Shown one piece after another: positions 22,810 to 36,905 of a stretch of 64,000 nt of DNA; position 1 is the stretch's first letter; each line of letters opens with the position of its first letter. Source of the stretch: Ranitomeya imitator (taxonomy: Eukaryota); the NCBI RefSeq assembly GCF_032444005.1, contig NC_091282.1:273420001-273484000 (forward strand), in the 5' to 3' direction. A program made the position numbers and the translations under genes. The notes under the pieces were generated by a model. That model saw only the letters and a list, made by a program, of their open reading frames with translations, ran no database searches and had not been told where the DNA came from.

Positions 22810-25800
22810 GTAAGTATAGTAGTGTTGTATCTTTAGCATTGTAGGCACGTTACTATGATTATTCCATCATTCTCTGTATTTCTTTTCCTTTTGTTGAACA
22901 CTCAATTATGGCTCAAGTTCGTCAAAGTTTCTACATCAATGTTCTAGCGTAAAACACTCTGAAAAATTGCTAAACTTTTGTGCAAAATGAAATTGCGTAA
23001 ACAGTTTGTGACTTTTGCCCAGCGCTGAGCAAGTGTGTGGATCTGTTTAAACGCCAGGGTTGTGCTGGGCATGGCTATGCCTACTTGTCAAAATCTTCAA
23101 AAGTGGTGGCTTTTCATATGTTAGGAGATTTCTGGTGAGGAGCATGAAGGCACCTGCCACTCAGAAGATGTGCCAAATTAATTAAGTGATTGAATTCCCT
23201 ACATACCCCTCATTAAGACTGACATATGAGACGCCAGGGAATCTGTCAGCAGGTTTTTGTTATATAATCTCAGGACACCATGAGGTAGGTTAAAACACAT
23301 AATTCAGTGATGTGTCACTTATTAGGCTGTGTTTACTTGCAATGAAGGTTTTATCACTGGGACATTATCACTGCCAGGTTTGTTGTACAGTACGACTCCG
23401 CCCCCTCATGTGATAAACAGCTCATTGTCTATAGCTATGTACATACAGAGCCTGGTTGGGGCGGGATTAGCGTTCTCTGCTCTGCTTCATGCTAAATCTA
23501 AAGCCTCTGATTGTGCCACAACTCTTGCCCCCAGTAAACTAAGTGATACATTGTGTCAGAACTTCCGAACCCCAAGAGTACCCCGTGACAGTACCCTTCC
23601 TCTTACTCCCCCCTTTTCTAAGACCAGACAGAAACCTGGATAAAATCTGAGGAGCTTGTATGCTATCACGGGGCTCCCAAGACCTCTCCTCGGGACAAAA
23701 ACCCTTCCAATCAACCAAAAAGAGAGTTTTACCTCTCAACTTTTTCATGGCAAGAATGTCTTTAACCTCAAAAACATCTGGATCAGAGACAGGTAAAGGA
23801 GTTTGAGCAGGAGAAACAAGGAACTGATTGAAGACAACTGGTTTCAAAAGAGAAACATGAAAAGAATTAGGTATGCGAAGAGAAGCAGGCAATTTCAGCT
23901 TGTAGGAAACATCATTGATACGAGACACAACCTCGAAAGGGCCAATGTACCATGGACCCAATTTATATGAGGGAATCTTAAGACGAATAAACCTGGAGGA
24001 CAACCACACTTTATCGCCTGACCGATATACAGGAGAATCCAGACGTCGTTTATTGGCATGTCTGTTAATCCTGGCCTGAGCCTGTTCCAGGGCGATTTTG
24101 GTCTCCTGCCAGACCCTGGAGAAATCCTCAGACAGAAGATCAGCCGCTGGCACACCCGAGACAGGGAGTACCGGCAGAGGGATACCAGGATGTTGCCCAT
24201 AGGCGGTGAAGAATGGAGACTTGGAAGAAGACTCATTGATGTGGTTATTGTAAGCGAAATCAGCCCACGGAAGCAAATCAGACCAGTTATCTTGATGAGC
24301 GTTGGAAAAATGATGAAGGTAAGTCATCAGTATTTGGTTTATGCACTCTGCTTGTCCGTTGGTCTGAGGATGATAAGCTGTAGAAAAATCCAGGGTAACA
24401 TTCATTAATTTACATAGAGCCCGCCAGAAACGAGAAGTGAACTGAACTCCTCTATCAGAAACTATGTGCAACGGAAAGCCATGAATCGGGAAGACATGAG
24501 AAATGAAGATTCTGACCAATTCAGGAGCGGAAGGCAATCCAGGCAAAGGGATGAAGTGAGCCATCTTTCAGAATCGATCCACAACAACAAAAATGACTGT
24601 ATGACCAGAGGACTGATGCAGATCAGTAATAAAGTCAATATGTTGCCACGGGACTGAAGGAACTGGAAGAGGATGTAGGAGACCGGAGGGCAGATGTCTG
24701 GGAACCTTGTTCCTAGCACAAGACGGACACGAAGCGACAAAACCCCGAACATCCGAAAGAAGGGATGGCCACCAATAATGATGCAAAATGAGAGAGCGTT
24801 TTCTTGTACCCGACATGGCCTGCCAGTCTTGAGGCATGGCCCCAACGTAGGACTCGAGACCTCTTGTTCACCCAGACAAGGGTTTTACCTGGTGGTAAGG
24901 AAGACAAGCTGACCGGAGCCACAAGAATAATTTTGCTGGGGTCCACGATGTGTGCTGGTTCCTCTACAACATCAGATGCAAGAAATTACCTGGCCAAAGC
25001 TTCAGCTTTAAAGTTCTTGTCGCCAGGACGGAAATGTAGTTCGAAGTCAAAACGGGCAAAGAATAACGACCATCTGGCTTGTCGGGGATTCAGTCTTTGC
25101 GCAGAGCGGATATATTCAAGGTTCTTGTGGTCTGTAAAGATCTTGAAAGGGTGAACAGCTCCCTCTAAGAGATAACGCCATTCCTCCAGCCCAAATTTTA
25201 TGGCCAATAGTTCCTTGTCACCAGTGGCGTAGTTCCTCTCCGAGGCGGAGAAGATTTTGGGAAAGAAACTACAAGTAGCCAATCGTCCGGAAGAAAATCT
25301 CTGGGAGAGTACTGCACCAGCTCCAATGGCAGAAGCGTCTACCTCAAGAATAAAGGGTTTGTTGATCTCAGGCCGACGGATTACAGGAGCCGAGGCAAAT
25401 GCATGTTTCAGAGACCGAAAAGCATCTTCAGCTTCAGAAGACCAGATGTGGGGATTGGACCCCTTGCGAGTCAAAGCAGAAATTGAGGCGACCAGAGTGG
25501 AGAAATGTGGAATAAACTGCCGGTAGTAATTGACGAACCCAAGAAAACGTTGAATTGCTTTCACTCCCTGAGGGCGTGGCCAGTTAAGCACAGCAGACAC
25601 TTTCCTCCGGGTCCATTTGCAAGCCAGAGTCAGAAATGATATAGCCAAGAACGGTAGCAAAGACTGCTCAAAAACACATTTCTCAAGTTGGGTGTAGAGA
25701 CGATTCTCTCTAAGACGGGAGAGCACTTGACGGACATCTCTTCTGTGAGAAGCCACACCACCACCACACAGGAGTAGAGTAGATCTCGGAAAACATCATT

Positions 25801-28800
25801 CACAAACTCCTGGAACACTGCTGGAGCATTACATAAGCTGAAAGGCATGACTAAATACTCATAGTGACCCTCCCGGGTGTTAAAAGCAGTTTTCCATTCG
25901 TCTCCTGAACGAATCGAACATCCAATTTCGTGAAAATTCGGGCTCCTCCCAGGCGATCAAATAACTCAGGTATGAGTGGTAGCGGGTACTTGTTCTTCAT
26001 TGTGAGATTGTTGAGGCCACGGTAGTCTATACACGGACGAAATGTCCCATCCATCTTCTTAACGAAGAAAAAACCCGCACCTGCAGGGGAGGAGGATTTG
26101 CGAATAAAACCTTTGGTTAAATTCTCCCGGACGTATTCAGTCATGGCTTGAGTCTCGGCAGGAGACAACAAGTAGATTCGACCTGGGGGAGGAGTAGAGC
26201 CCGGAACTAGATCAATTGGGCAGTCATAGGGTCGATGCGGAGGTAAGGTGTCAGCCTCTTTCTTATCGAAGACATCCAGAAAAGACAAATACGCGGTAGG
26301 TAAATTGGAGGACCCCAAGATAGGACAAGAAGATTCTCTTGGTAACACAGGAAGCAAACATTTATTCTGGCAGGAGTCCCCAACGCAGGATTTCGCCAGA
26401 CCGCCAGTCAATACAAGGCTCATGAGTTCTTAACCAAGGAAGTCCAAGAAGAAACGTGTGGGACAAAGATCGCAGCACATAGAAGACTATCTTCTCACGA
26501 TGCAGTATTCCAATTTGGAGTTCCAATTCTTCAGTAACCAATGTAATGGACTCCCGCAGAGGTTGGCTATCGACTGACGGAATCTGTCGAGGAGTCTCCA
26601 GGGATCTGACCGGAATCCGCAATCTCCTAACTGCCTCGAGTTGGATAAAGTTCCCGGCTGCCCCGGAATCTTTATAAGCAGAGTCAGAGAAACGTTTATT
26701 ACCCAGATGTAAAAGAACAGAAAGAGTGAGGGGTTGAGAGGGTTCTGGGATATCTAGGGAGACCTCTCTTACCTGTCCTAGGCGGAGGCGTTTCCCGGCC
26801 TCAAAGGACAGGAACGCAAGAGATGAGACGCACTGCCACAATAGAAACACAGAGACCTTGAGCAAGCCTCTCTTTCCAATGCTGATCCACAGGTTTAAGA
26901 CAGTCCACCTGCATGGGTACCGGGGCAGAGGTCGACTCAGACCGAGAACAGGAAGAATTAGGAGTAACTGGAGGGAGTCGAGGAAATCTCGTCTCTCTAG
27001 CGGATTCTCAAGAACCTTCCTGGAAATGTAAATCAATGCGTGTTGCCAAAGCGATAGGATCCTCCAAGGATGATGGAGTATCTTGACCCACCAACTCATC
27101 CTTGATTCGAGGAGAAAGCCCACGCCAGAAGGCTCCCACTAAAGCCTCATTATTACATCCTAATTCGGATGAAAGGGTGTGAAAGCAGATGGCGTATTGA
27201 CCCAGCGAAAGTGTACCTTGATGAAGGTTAAACAGAGACTCGGTGGTAGAGGCCAAACGACCCAGTTCATCAAATACTTTATGAAAAGTATCAACAAAGG
27301 AGGAGAGTTGGGAAACAAGGGGATCACCCCGCTCCCAAAAGGATTAACCCACGCCAAAGCCTCGCCCTGAAGGTGAGAGATTACAAAAGCCACTTTAGAA
27401 CGGTCAGTGGGATACTGCATGGGAAGTCACTCAAAATGAAGCTGGCATTGGTTTAAAAATCCTCTGCACAATTTAGGATCCCCACTATAGCGAGGAGGTT
27501 TAGCCAAACGGGGACGTGGATGAGGAGCCAAAGCCTGAAAGGGAATGGGAGCGGAAGACTGGAGGGCACGAAGGCCATAAAATTAAGAATATGAGCTTGA
27601 GTGTTACGCTGTTGGGCCAGCTCTTGTTGGAGACTTGCTAACTGAGAGGCGCTCCCAGGGTCGGAGGCCTGCATGGACCTCAAAAAGGACATAATCCTTG
27701 ACTGATTCTCCCGGAGGAATAATAATTCCTTCTGGCTAGGAGTAGGGGCACCAGCACGGTCCATGGCCTGTTTGTACTGTCAGAACTTCCGAACCCCAAG
27801 AGTGAACCCACAGTACCGTGACAACGAACCTCCCAAGGGTGAGCTTACCAGATGGACCACCCCCTATACAGGGAGCATTAGGGGCAGGCCTGTTATGATG
27901 CGGTGGTCTAGGAGCAACATGGAACGAGCTCTGAAGGAAGTGGTAACTGTACTGACCGCAGTCCCTAAGCTCAACACAACACTAGAAGCAGCTGTGGAAT
28001 GCTCCTAACTCTCCCTATGCATCTCGTCACAGCCTAAGAGCTAACTACCCCTAAAGACAGAAGCAGGAAAACTATCTTGCCTCAGAGAAAATCCCCAAAG
28101 GATAGATTAGCCCCCCACAAATAATGACTGTGAGTGGAGAGAGAAAAGACATACACAGAATGAAACCAGGATGAGCACAGGAGGCCAGTCTAGCTTGATA
28201 GATAGGACAGGATGGAATACTGTGCGGTCAGTATAAAACACTACAAAAATCGACGCAGAGTTTACTAAAAATCTCCACACCTGACTAAAGGTGTGGAGGG
28301 TAAATCTGCTTCCCAGAGCTTCCAGCAAGACAGAATTAATTCATACTGATAATGCTGGATAAACATAGAAAACACAGAACGGATAAGTCCACAATCTGTG
28401 AACAGAAAAAGAGCAAGCAAAAACTTAGCTTAGCTGAACTGGTCAGGATAACAGGGAAATCCAAAGAGATGTGAATCCAACCAGGAACCATTTACAAGTG
28501 GCACCAGCTGAAGGACAGAGCAGACACAAATAGCAGAGCAGAGACGATCGGTGGAAGCAGCTGAAGACAGCTAACTCCAAGGAGCAGCCACACCACTAGA
28601 AACCACAAGAGGGAGCCCAAGAGCAGAACTCACAAAAGTGCCACTTACAACCACCGGAGGGAGCCCAAGAGCGGAATTCACAACAGTACCCCCCCCCTTG
28701 AGGAGGGGTCACCGAACCCTCACCAGAGCCCCCAGGCCGATCAGGACGAGCCAAGTGAAAAGCACGAACCAAATCGGTGGCATGGACATCGGAGGCAACA

Positions 28801-31800
28801 ACCCAAGAATTATCCTCCTGGCTATAACCCTTCCACTTGACAAGATACTGAAGCCTCCGCCTCGAAAAAACGAGAATCCAAAATCTTCTCAACCTCATAT
28901 TCCAACTCTCCTTCAACCAACACTGGGGCAGGAGGGTCAACCGAGGGAACAACGGGCACCACATATCTCCGCAACAAAGATTTATGGAAAACATCATGAA
29001 TGGCAAAAGAGGCAGGAAGAGCCAAACGAAAAGACACCGGATTAATAATTTCAGAAATTTTATAAGGACCAATAAACCGAGGCTTAAACTTAGGAGAAGA
29101 AACCTTCATAGGAACATGACGAGAAGACAACCAAACCAAATCCCCCACACGAAGCCGGGGACCAACACGCCGACGGCGGTTAGCAAAACGTTGAGCCCTT
29201 TCCTGAGACAACGTCAAATTGTCCACCACATGAGTCCAAATCTGCTGCAGCCTGTCCACCACAGAATCAACACCAGGACAATCAGAAGGCTCAACCTGCC
29301 CAGAAGAAAAACGAGGATGAAAACCAAAATTACAAAAGAAAGGTGAAACCAAAGTAGCCGAACTAGCCCGATTATTAAGGGCAAACTCGGCCAACGGCAA
29401 GAAAGACACCCAATCATCCTGATCAGCAGACACAAAGCATCTCAAATAGGTCTCCAGTTCGCTCAGTTTGGCCATTAGTCTGAGAATGAAACGCCGAAGA
29501 AAAAGATAAGTCAATGCCCATCCTAGCACAAAAGGCCCGCCAAAATCTAGAGACAAACTGAGAGCCTCTGTCAGACACAATATTCTCCGGAATGCCATGC
29601 AAACGAATCACATGCTGAAAAAACAATGGAACCAGATCTGAGGAGGAAGGCAACTTAGGCAAAGGTACCAGATGGACCATTTTAGAGAACCGGTCACAAA
29701 CAACCCAGATAACAGACATCTTCTGGGAAACAGGAAGATCCGAAATAAAATCCATGGAAATATGCGTCCAGGGCCTCTCAGGGACCGGCAAAGGCAAAAG
29801 CAACCCACTAGCGCGGGAACAGCAAGGCTTAGCCCAGGCGCAAGTCCCACAGGACTGCACAAAAGCATGCACATCGCGAGACAAGAAAGGCCACCAAAAG
29901 GACCTAGCAACCAAATCTCTGGTACCAAAAATCCCAGGATGACCAGCCAGCACTGAACAATGAACCTCAGAAATTACCTTACTTGTCCATCTATCAGGAA
30001 CAAACAGCTTCCCCACTGGACAGCGGTCAGGCCTATCAGCCTGAAATTCCTGAAGCACCCGCCGCAAATCAGGGGAGATAGCAGAAAGTATCACCCCCTC
30101 CTTAAGAATGCCCACCGGCTCCAGGACTCCAGGAGAATCAGGCAAAAAACTCCTAGAGAGGGCATCAGCCTTAACATTCTTAGAGACCACAAAATCAAAA
30201 CGGGAGAAAAACAGGGACCATCGAGCCTGTCTAGGATTCAGCCGCTTGGCCGATTCGAGGTAAATCAGATTCTTATGATCGGTCAGGACCACAACACGGT
30301 GTTTAGCTCCCTCAAGCCAATGTCGCCACTCCTCAAATGCCCACTTCATAGCCAACAACTCCCGATTGCCGACATCATAATTACGTTCCGCAGGCGAAAA
30401 CTTTCTGGAAAAAAAAGCACATGGTTTCATCAAAGAACCATCAGACTCCCTCTGAGACAAAACGGCCCCTGCCCCAATCTCAGAAGCGTCGACCTCAACC
30501 TGAAAAGGAAGAGAAACATCCGGTTGACGCAACACAGGGGCAGAAGTAAATCGGCGTTTAAGCTCCTTAAAGGCCTCAACAGCCTCAGAGGACCAATTTG
30601 TCACATCAGCGCCTTTCTTCGTCAAATCAGTAAGGGGCTTAACCACACTGGAAAAGTTGGCAATGAAATGGCGATAGAAATTAGCATAGCCCAAAATTTT
30701 TTGAAGACCCTTCACAGATGTGGGTTGGATCCAGTCATGAATAGCTTGGACCTTAACAGGATCCATTTCCATAGACGAGGGAGAAAAAATAAAACCCAAA
30801 AAAAGACTTTCTGAACTTCGAATAGGCACTTAGACGCCTTCACAAATAAAGCATTATCACGAAGGATCTGGAACACCATCCTGACCTGCTTCACATGAGA
30901 CTCCCAATCATCGGAAAAAATCAAAATATCATCCAAATATACGACCATGAATTTATCAAGATAATTGCGGAAAATATCATGCATGAAAGACTGGAACACA
31001 GATGGAGCATTAGAGAGCCCAAATGGCATCACAAGGTACTCAAAATGGCCTTTGGGCACATTAAATGCAGTTTTCCATTCGTCACCCTGTTTAATACGAA
31101 CAAGATTATATGCCCCTCGGAGGTCAATCTTAGTAAACCAACTAGCCCCCTTAATCTGAGCAAACAAATCAGTAAGCAAAGGCAAGGGGTATTGGAATTT
31201 GACCGTGATCTTATTAAGAAGACGATAATCAATACAGGGTCTCAAGGAGCCATCCTTCTTAGCAACAAAAAAGAAACCCGCTCCCAATGGTGACGAAGAG
31301 GGCCAAATATGCCCCTTCTCCAAAGATTCCTTAACATAACTCCGCATGGCGGCATGCTCTGGCACAGACAGATTGAAAAGTCGGCCCTTAGGGAACTTAC
31401 AACCAGGAATCAAGTTAATAGCACAATCACAGTCCCTGTGCGGTGGAAGGGAACTGGACTTGGGCTCATCAAATACATCCTGGAAATCCGACAAAAACTC
31501 AGGGACCCCAGAAGAGGGGGAAGAGGAAATTGACATCAAAGGAACCTCACTATGTACCCCTTGACAACCCCAACTAGTCACAGACATAGTTTTCCAATCC
31601 AGCACCGGATTATGTTCATGTAACCATGGAAATCCCAGTACAACAACATCATGCAGGTTATGCAACACCAGAAAACGGCAATCTTCCTGATGTGCAGGAG
31701 CCATGTACATAGTCATCTGTCTCCAGTACTGAGGATTATCCTTGGCCAAGGGTGTAGCATCAATGCCCCTCAAAGGAATAGGGCTCTGCAAAGGCTGCAA

Positions 31801-32707
31801 GGAAAAACCACAGCGCCTGGCGAATTCTAAGTCCATTAAGTTCGAGGCAGCGCCTGAATCCACAAATGCCATGACAGAAAAGGACGACAATTGTTGTGAA
31901 TTCTGTGGCAGAGCTCCCTCCTGTGGTCACAAGTGGTACTTCGGCTGATTCTCTCTATGAGCTTCCGTTGGTGGAGGAAAGTGGTACTGCGGCTTCTGAG
32001 TTTCCTTCCTCAGGTGATGTGGTGAAATCGTTAGGTGCTGCTCTATTTAACTCCACCTAATGCTTTGATCCTGGCCTCCAGTCAATGTTCTAGTATTGGA
32101 CTTGCTTCCTCCTGGATCTTTCCTATGGCCTGCTGCTCTGCATAGCTAAGTTGCTCTTGTGTTATTTTTGTTTGCTGTTTTTTCTGTCCAGCTTGTTTAT
32201 TTGTTTTTCTTGCTCGCTGGAAGCTCTGGGACGCAGAGGGTGTACCTCCGTGCCGTTAGTCGGTACGGAGGGTCTTTTTGCCCCCTTTGCGTGATTGTTT
32301 GTAGGGTTTTGTGTTGACCGCAAAGTTACCTTTCCTATCCTCGCTCTGTTCAGAATGTCGGGCCTCACTTTTCTAAATCTATTTCATCTCTACATTTGTC
32401 TTTTCATCTTAACTCACAGTCATTATATGTGGGGGGCTGCCTTTTCCTTTGGGGTATTTCTCTGAGGCAAGGTAGGCTTATTTTCTATCTTCAGGCTAGC
32501 TAGTTTCTCAGGCTGTGCCGAGTTGCATAGGGAGCATTAGGCGCAATCCACGGCTGCCTCTAGTGTGGTTGGAGAGGATTAGGGATTGCGGTCAGCAGAG
32601 TTCCCACGTCTCAGAGCTCGTTCTATGTTTTTGGGTTATTGTCAGGTCACTGTATGTGCTCTGACTTCTATGTCCATTGTGGTACTGAATTACCTAATCA
32701 TAACAGT

Positions 32708-32718
32708 ACTGGAGGCCA
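32708..32718 (+). promoter_or_regulatory. Self-priming primer-binding site of element A
   Basis: ACTGGAGGCCA, 2 nt after the 5' LTR, is the exact reverse complement of LTR positions 32072-32082 (TGGCCTCCAGT), which start 28 nt after TATTTAA at 32044. Confidence 0.8.
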
Positions 32719-32727
32719 AAAGTACTA

Positions 32728-34719
32728 ATGATTCTCAATAGAGTGAAAAAAGAAGTTCTGAGACCATTTTTTTTTCTCTGCACTGTGTTTTGCCTTTTTT
32801 TTCCCCTAGACATTTGGGTGGTTCAGGACACAGGTGTAGCGATGGACATTAAAGGTCTGTCTTCATGTGTGGATCAGCTCACGGCAAGAGTACAAAATAT
32901 TCAAGACTTTGTGGTTCATAATTCTATGTTAGAACCAAGAATTCCTATTCCTGATTTGTTTTTTGGAGATAGAACTAAATTTCTGAGTTTCAAAAATAAT
33001 TGTAAACTATTTCTGGCTTTGAAACCTCGCTCCTCTGGTGACCCAGTTCAACAAGTCAGGATCATTATTTCTTTTTTACGTGGCGACCCTCAGGACTGGG
33101 CATTTTCTCTTGCGCCAGGAGATCCTGCATTATGTAATATTGATGCGTTTTTCCTGGTGCTCGGATTGCTGTACGATGAACCTAATTCAGTGGATCAGGC
33201 AGAGAAAAATTTACTGACTCTGTGTCAGGGTCAGGATGAGATAGAGGTATATTGTCAGAAATTTAGAAAGTGGTCCGTGCTCACTCAATGGAATGAAGGT
33301 GCGCTCGCAGCTATTTTCAGAAAGGGTCTCTCTGAAGCCCTTAAGGATGTCATGGTGGGATTTCCTATGCCTGCTGGTCTGAATGAGTCTATGTCTTTGG
33401 CCATTAAGATCGGTCGACGCTTGCGTGAGCGTAAATCTGTGCACCATTTGGCGGTATTATCTGAGCATAAACCTGAGCCTATGCAGTGTGATAGGACTTT
33501 GACCAGAGTTGAACGGAAAGAACACAGACGTCAGAATGGGCTGTGTTTCTACTGTGGTGATTCCACTCATGCTATCTCTGATTGTCCTAAGCGCACTAAG
33601 CGGTTCGCTAGGTCTGCCACCATTGGTACGGTACAGTCAAAATTTCTTTTGTCCGTTACCTTGATCTGTTCTTTGTCATCTTATTCTGTCATGGCATTTG
33701 TGGATTCAGGCGCTGCCCTGAATTTGATGGACTTGGAGTATGCTAGGCGTTGTGGGTTTTTCTTGGAGCCCTTGCAGTGTCCTATTCCATTGAGAGGAAT
33801 TGATGCTACACCTTTGGCCAAGAATAAGCCTCAGTATTGGACCCAGCTCACCATGTGCATGGCTCCTGCACATCAGGAGGTTATTCGCTTTCTGGTGTTG
33901 CATAATCTGCATGATGTGGTCGTGTTGGGGTTGCCATGGCTACAAGTCCATAATCCAGTATTAGATTGGAAATCCATGTCTGTGTCCAGCTGGGGTTGTC
34001 AGGGGGTACATGATGATGTCCCATTTCTGTCTATTTCGTCATCCACCCCTTCTGAGGTCCCAGAATTCTTGTCTGATTACCGGGATGTATTTGATGAGCA
34101 CAAGTCCGATACCCTACCTCCGCATAGGGATTGTGATTGTGCTATCGATTTGATTCCTGGTAGTAAATTCCCAAAAGGTCGACTGTTTAATTTATCTGTG
34201 CCTGAGCACGCCGCTATGCGGAGTTACGTGAAGGAGTCCTTGGAGAAGGGGCATATTCGCCCGTCTTCGTCGCCATTAGGAGCAGGGTTCTTTTTTGTAG
34301 CCAAGAAGGATGGTTCACTGAGACCTTGTATAGATTACCGCCTTCTAAATAAGATCACGGTTAAATTTCAGTACCCCTTGCCACTGTTATCTGATTTGTT
34401 TGCTCGGATTAAGGGGGCTAGTTGGTTCACCAAGATAGTTCTTCGTGGTGCATATAATCTTGTGCGTATTAAGCAAGGCGATGAATGGAAAACTGCATTT
34501 AATACACCCGAGGGCCATTTTGAGTACCTAGTAATGCCATTCGGACTTGCCAATGCTCCATCAGTGTTTCAGTCCTTTATGCATGACATCTTCCGAGAGT
34601 ACCTGGATAAATTCCTGATTGTATACTTGGATGATATTTTGGTCTTCTCGGATGATTGGGAGTCTCATGTGAAGCAGGTCAGAACGGTGTTTCAGGTCCT
34701 GCGTGCCAATTCTTTGTGA
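32728..34719 (+). pseudogene. Element A gag-protease-RT N-terminal part (likely start MDIKG near 32842); frame broken at about 34716
   Basis: CCHC knuckle CFYCGDSTHAISDC, protease [17 protein letters not shown] and YLDD; compared with element B (ALFVK) the frame is lost by an apparent 4-nt deletion. Confidence 0.9.
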
Positions 34720-34925
34720 AGGGATCAAAGTGTCTCTTTGGTGTTCAGAAGGTTTCATTTTTGGGGTTCATTTTTTCCCCTTCTACTATCGAGATGGACC
34801 CTGTTAAGGTCCAGGCCATCCATGATTAGACTGAGCCGACATCTCTGAAAAGTCTGCAAAAGTTCCTGGGCTTTGCTAATTTTTATCGTCGCTTCATCTG
34901 CAATTTTTCTAGTATTGCTAAACCA

Positions 34926-36905
34926 TTGACCGATTTGACCAAGAAGGGTGCTGATGTGGTCAATTGGTCTTCTGCTGCTGTGGAAGCTTTTCAAGAGTTG
35001 AAGCGTCGTTTTTCTTCTGCCCCTGTGTTGTGTCAGCCAGATGTTTCGCTTCCGTTCCAGGTCGAGGTTGATGCTTCTGAGATTGGAGCGGGGGCTGTTT
35101 TGTCGCAGAGAAGTTCTGATCGCTCGGTGATGAAACCATGCGCCTTCTTTTCCAGGAAGTTTTCGCCTGCTGAGCGAAATTATAATGTTGGTAATCGAGA
35201 GTTGCTGGCCATGAAGTGGGCATTCGAGGAGTGGCGTCATTGGCTTGAGGGAGCTAAGCATCGCGTGGTGGTCTTGACTGATCATAAGAACTTGACTTAT
35301 CTCGAGTCTGCCAAGCGGTTGAATCCTAGACAGGCTCGTTGGTCGCTGTTTTTCGCCCGTTTTGACTTTCTGATTTCGTATCTTCCGGGCTCTAAAAATG
35401 TGAAGGCGGATGCCCTGTCTAGGAGTTTTGTGCCCGACTCTCCGGGTTTGTCTGAGCCAGCGAGTATTCTCAAAGAGGGAGTAATTGTGTCTGCCATCTC
35501 CCCTGATTTGCGGCGGGTGCTGCAAAAATTTCAGGCTAATAAACCTGATCGTTGCCCAGCGGAGAAACTGTTTGTCCCTGATAGGTGGACGAATAAAGTT
35601 ATCTCTGAGGTTCATTGTTCGATGTTGGCTGGTCATCCTGGAATCTTTGGTACCAGAGAGTTAGTGGCTAGATCCTTTTGGTGGCCATCTCTGTCGCGGG
35701 ATGTGCGTTCTTTTGTGCAGTCCTGTGGGATTTGTGCTCGGGCTAAGCCCTGCTGTTCTCGTGCCAGTGGGTTGCTTTTGCCCTTGCCGGTCCCGAAGAG
35801 GCCTTGGACACATATCTCTATGGATTTTATTTCAGATCTTCCTGTCTCTCAAAAAATGTCGGTCATTTGGGTAGTTTGTGATCGCTTCTCTAAGATGGTC
35901 CATTTGGTACCCTTGTCTAAATTACCTTCCTCCTCTGATTTGGTGCCATTGTTCTTCCAGCATGTGGTTCGTTTACATGGCATTCCAGAGAATATCGTTT
36001 CTGACAGAGGTTCCCAGTTTGTTTCGAGGTTTTGGCGAGCCTTTTGTGCAAGGATGGGCATTGACTTGTCTTTTTCCTCGGCTTTCCATCCTCAGACTAA
36101 TGGCCAGACCGAACGAACCAATCAGACCTTGGAAACATATCTGAGATGCTTTGTTTCTGCTGATCAGGATGACTGGGTGTCCTTTTTGCCTTTGGCTGAG
36201 TTCGCCCTTAATAATCGGGCCAGCTCGGCTACCTTGGTTTCGCCGTTTTTCTGCAACTCTGGGTTCCATCCTCGTTTCTCTTCAGGGCAGGTTGAGTCTT
36301 CGGACTGTCCTAGTGTGGATACTGTGGTGGACAGGTTGAAGCAGATTTGGACTCATGTAGTGGACAATTTGACCTTGTCCCAGGAGAAGGCTCAACGTTT
36401 TGCTAATCGCAGACGCTGTGTGGGTCCCCGACTTCGTGTTGGGGATTTGGTTTGGTTGTCTTCTCGTCATATTCCTATGAAGGTTTCCTCTCCTAAATTT
36501 AAACCTCGTTTCATTGGTCCGTATAGGATTTCTGAGGTTCTTAATCCTGTGTCTTTTCGTTTGACCCTTCCAGATTCTTTTTCCATCCATAACGTATTCC
36601 ATAGGTCATTGTTGCGGAGATACGTGGCACCTATGGTTCCATCTGTTGATCCTCCTGCCCCGGTTTTGGTGGAGGGGGAGTTGGAGTATAGTGTGGAGAA
36701 GATTTTGGATTCTCGTGTTTCAAGACGGAAACTCCAGTATCTGGTTAAGTGGAAGGGTTATGCTCAGGAAGATAATTCCTGGGTCTTTGCCTCTGATGTC
36801 CATGCTCCCGATCTTGTTCGTGCCTTTCATGTGGCTCATCCTGGTCGTCCTGGGGACTCTGGTGAGGGTTCGATGACCCCTCCTCAAGGGGGGGTACTGT
36901 TGTGA
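34926..36905 (+). pseudogene. Element A RNase H-integrase-chromodomain part of pol
   Basis: VEVDASEIG, RQARWSLFF, HHCC zinc finger, FHPQTNGQTER, GPY motif, chromodomain [19 protein letters not shown]; stop codon lies inside the 3' LTR. Confidence 0.92.

Noticed and set aside
27778-27823. Apparent 46-bp TGTCA...TGACA mini-LTR as the whole 5' LTR of element C
   Set aside because: No TSD with the left flank, and the TATA/self-primer matching C's PBS lies at 39916-39955, so the LTR extends across the B insertion.
32706-32730. tRNA primer-binding site for the Gypsy elements
   Set aside because: No TGG-initiated tRNA complement follows any 5' LTR; intramolecular complementarity explains the sites better. 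A tRNA database check was not possible.
34755-35636. 293-aa antisense ORF over element A pol, with a homologous 284-aa antisense ORF over element B (29960-30814)
   Set aside because: Both are exactly in codon register with the sense pol frame, so they stay open whenever TTA, CTA and TCA are rare; pol here favours T/G-ending codons. No recognisable domain.
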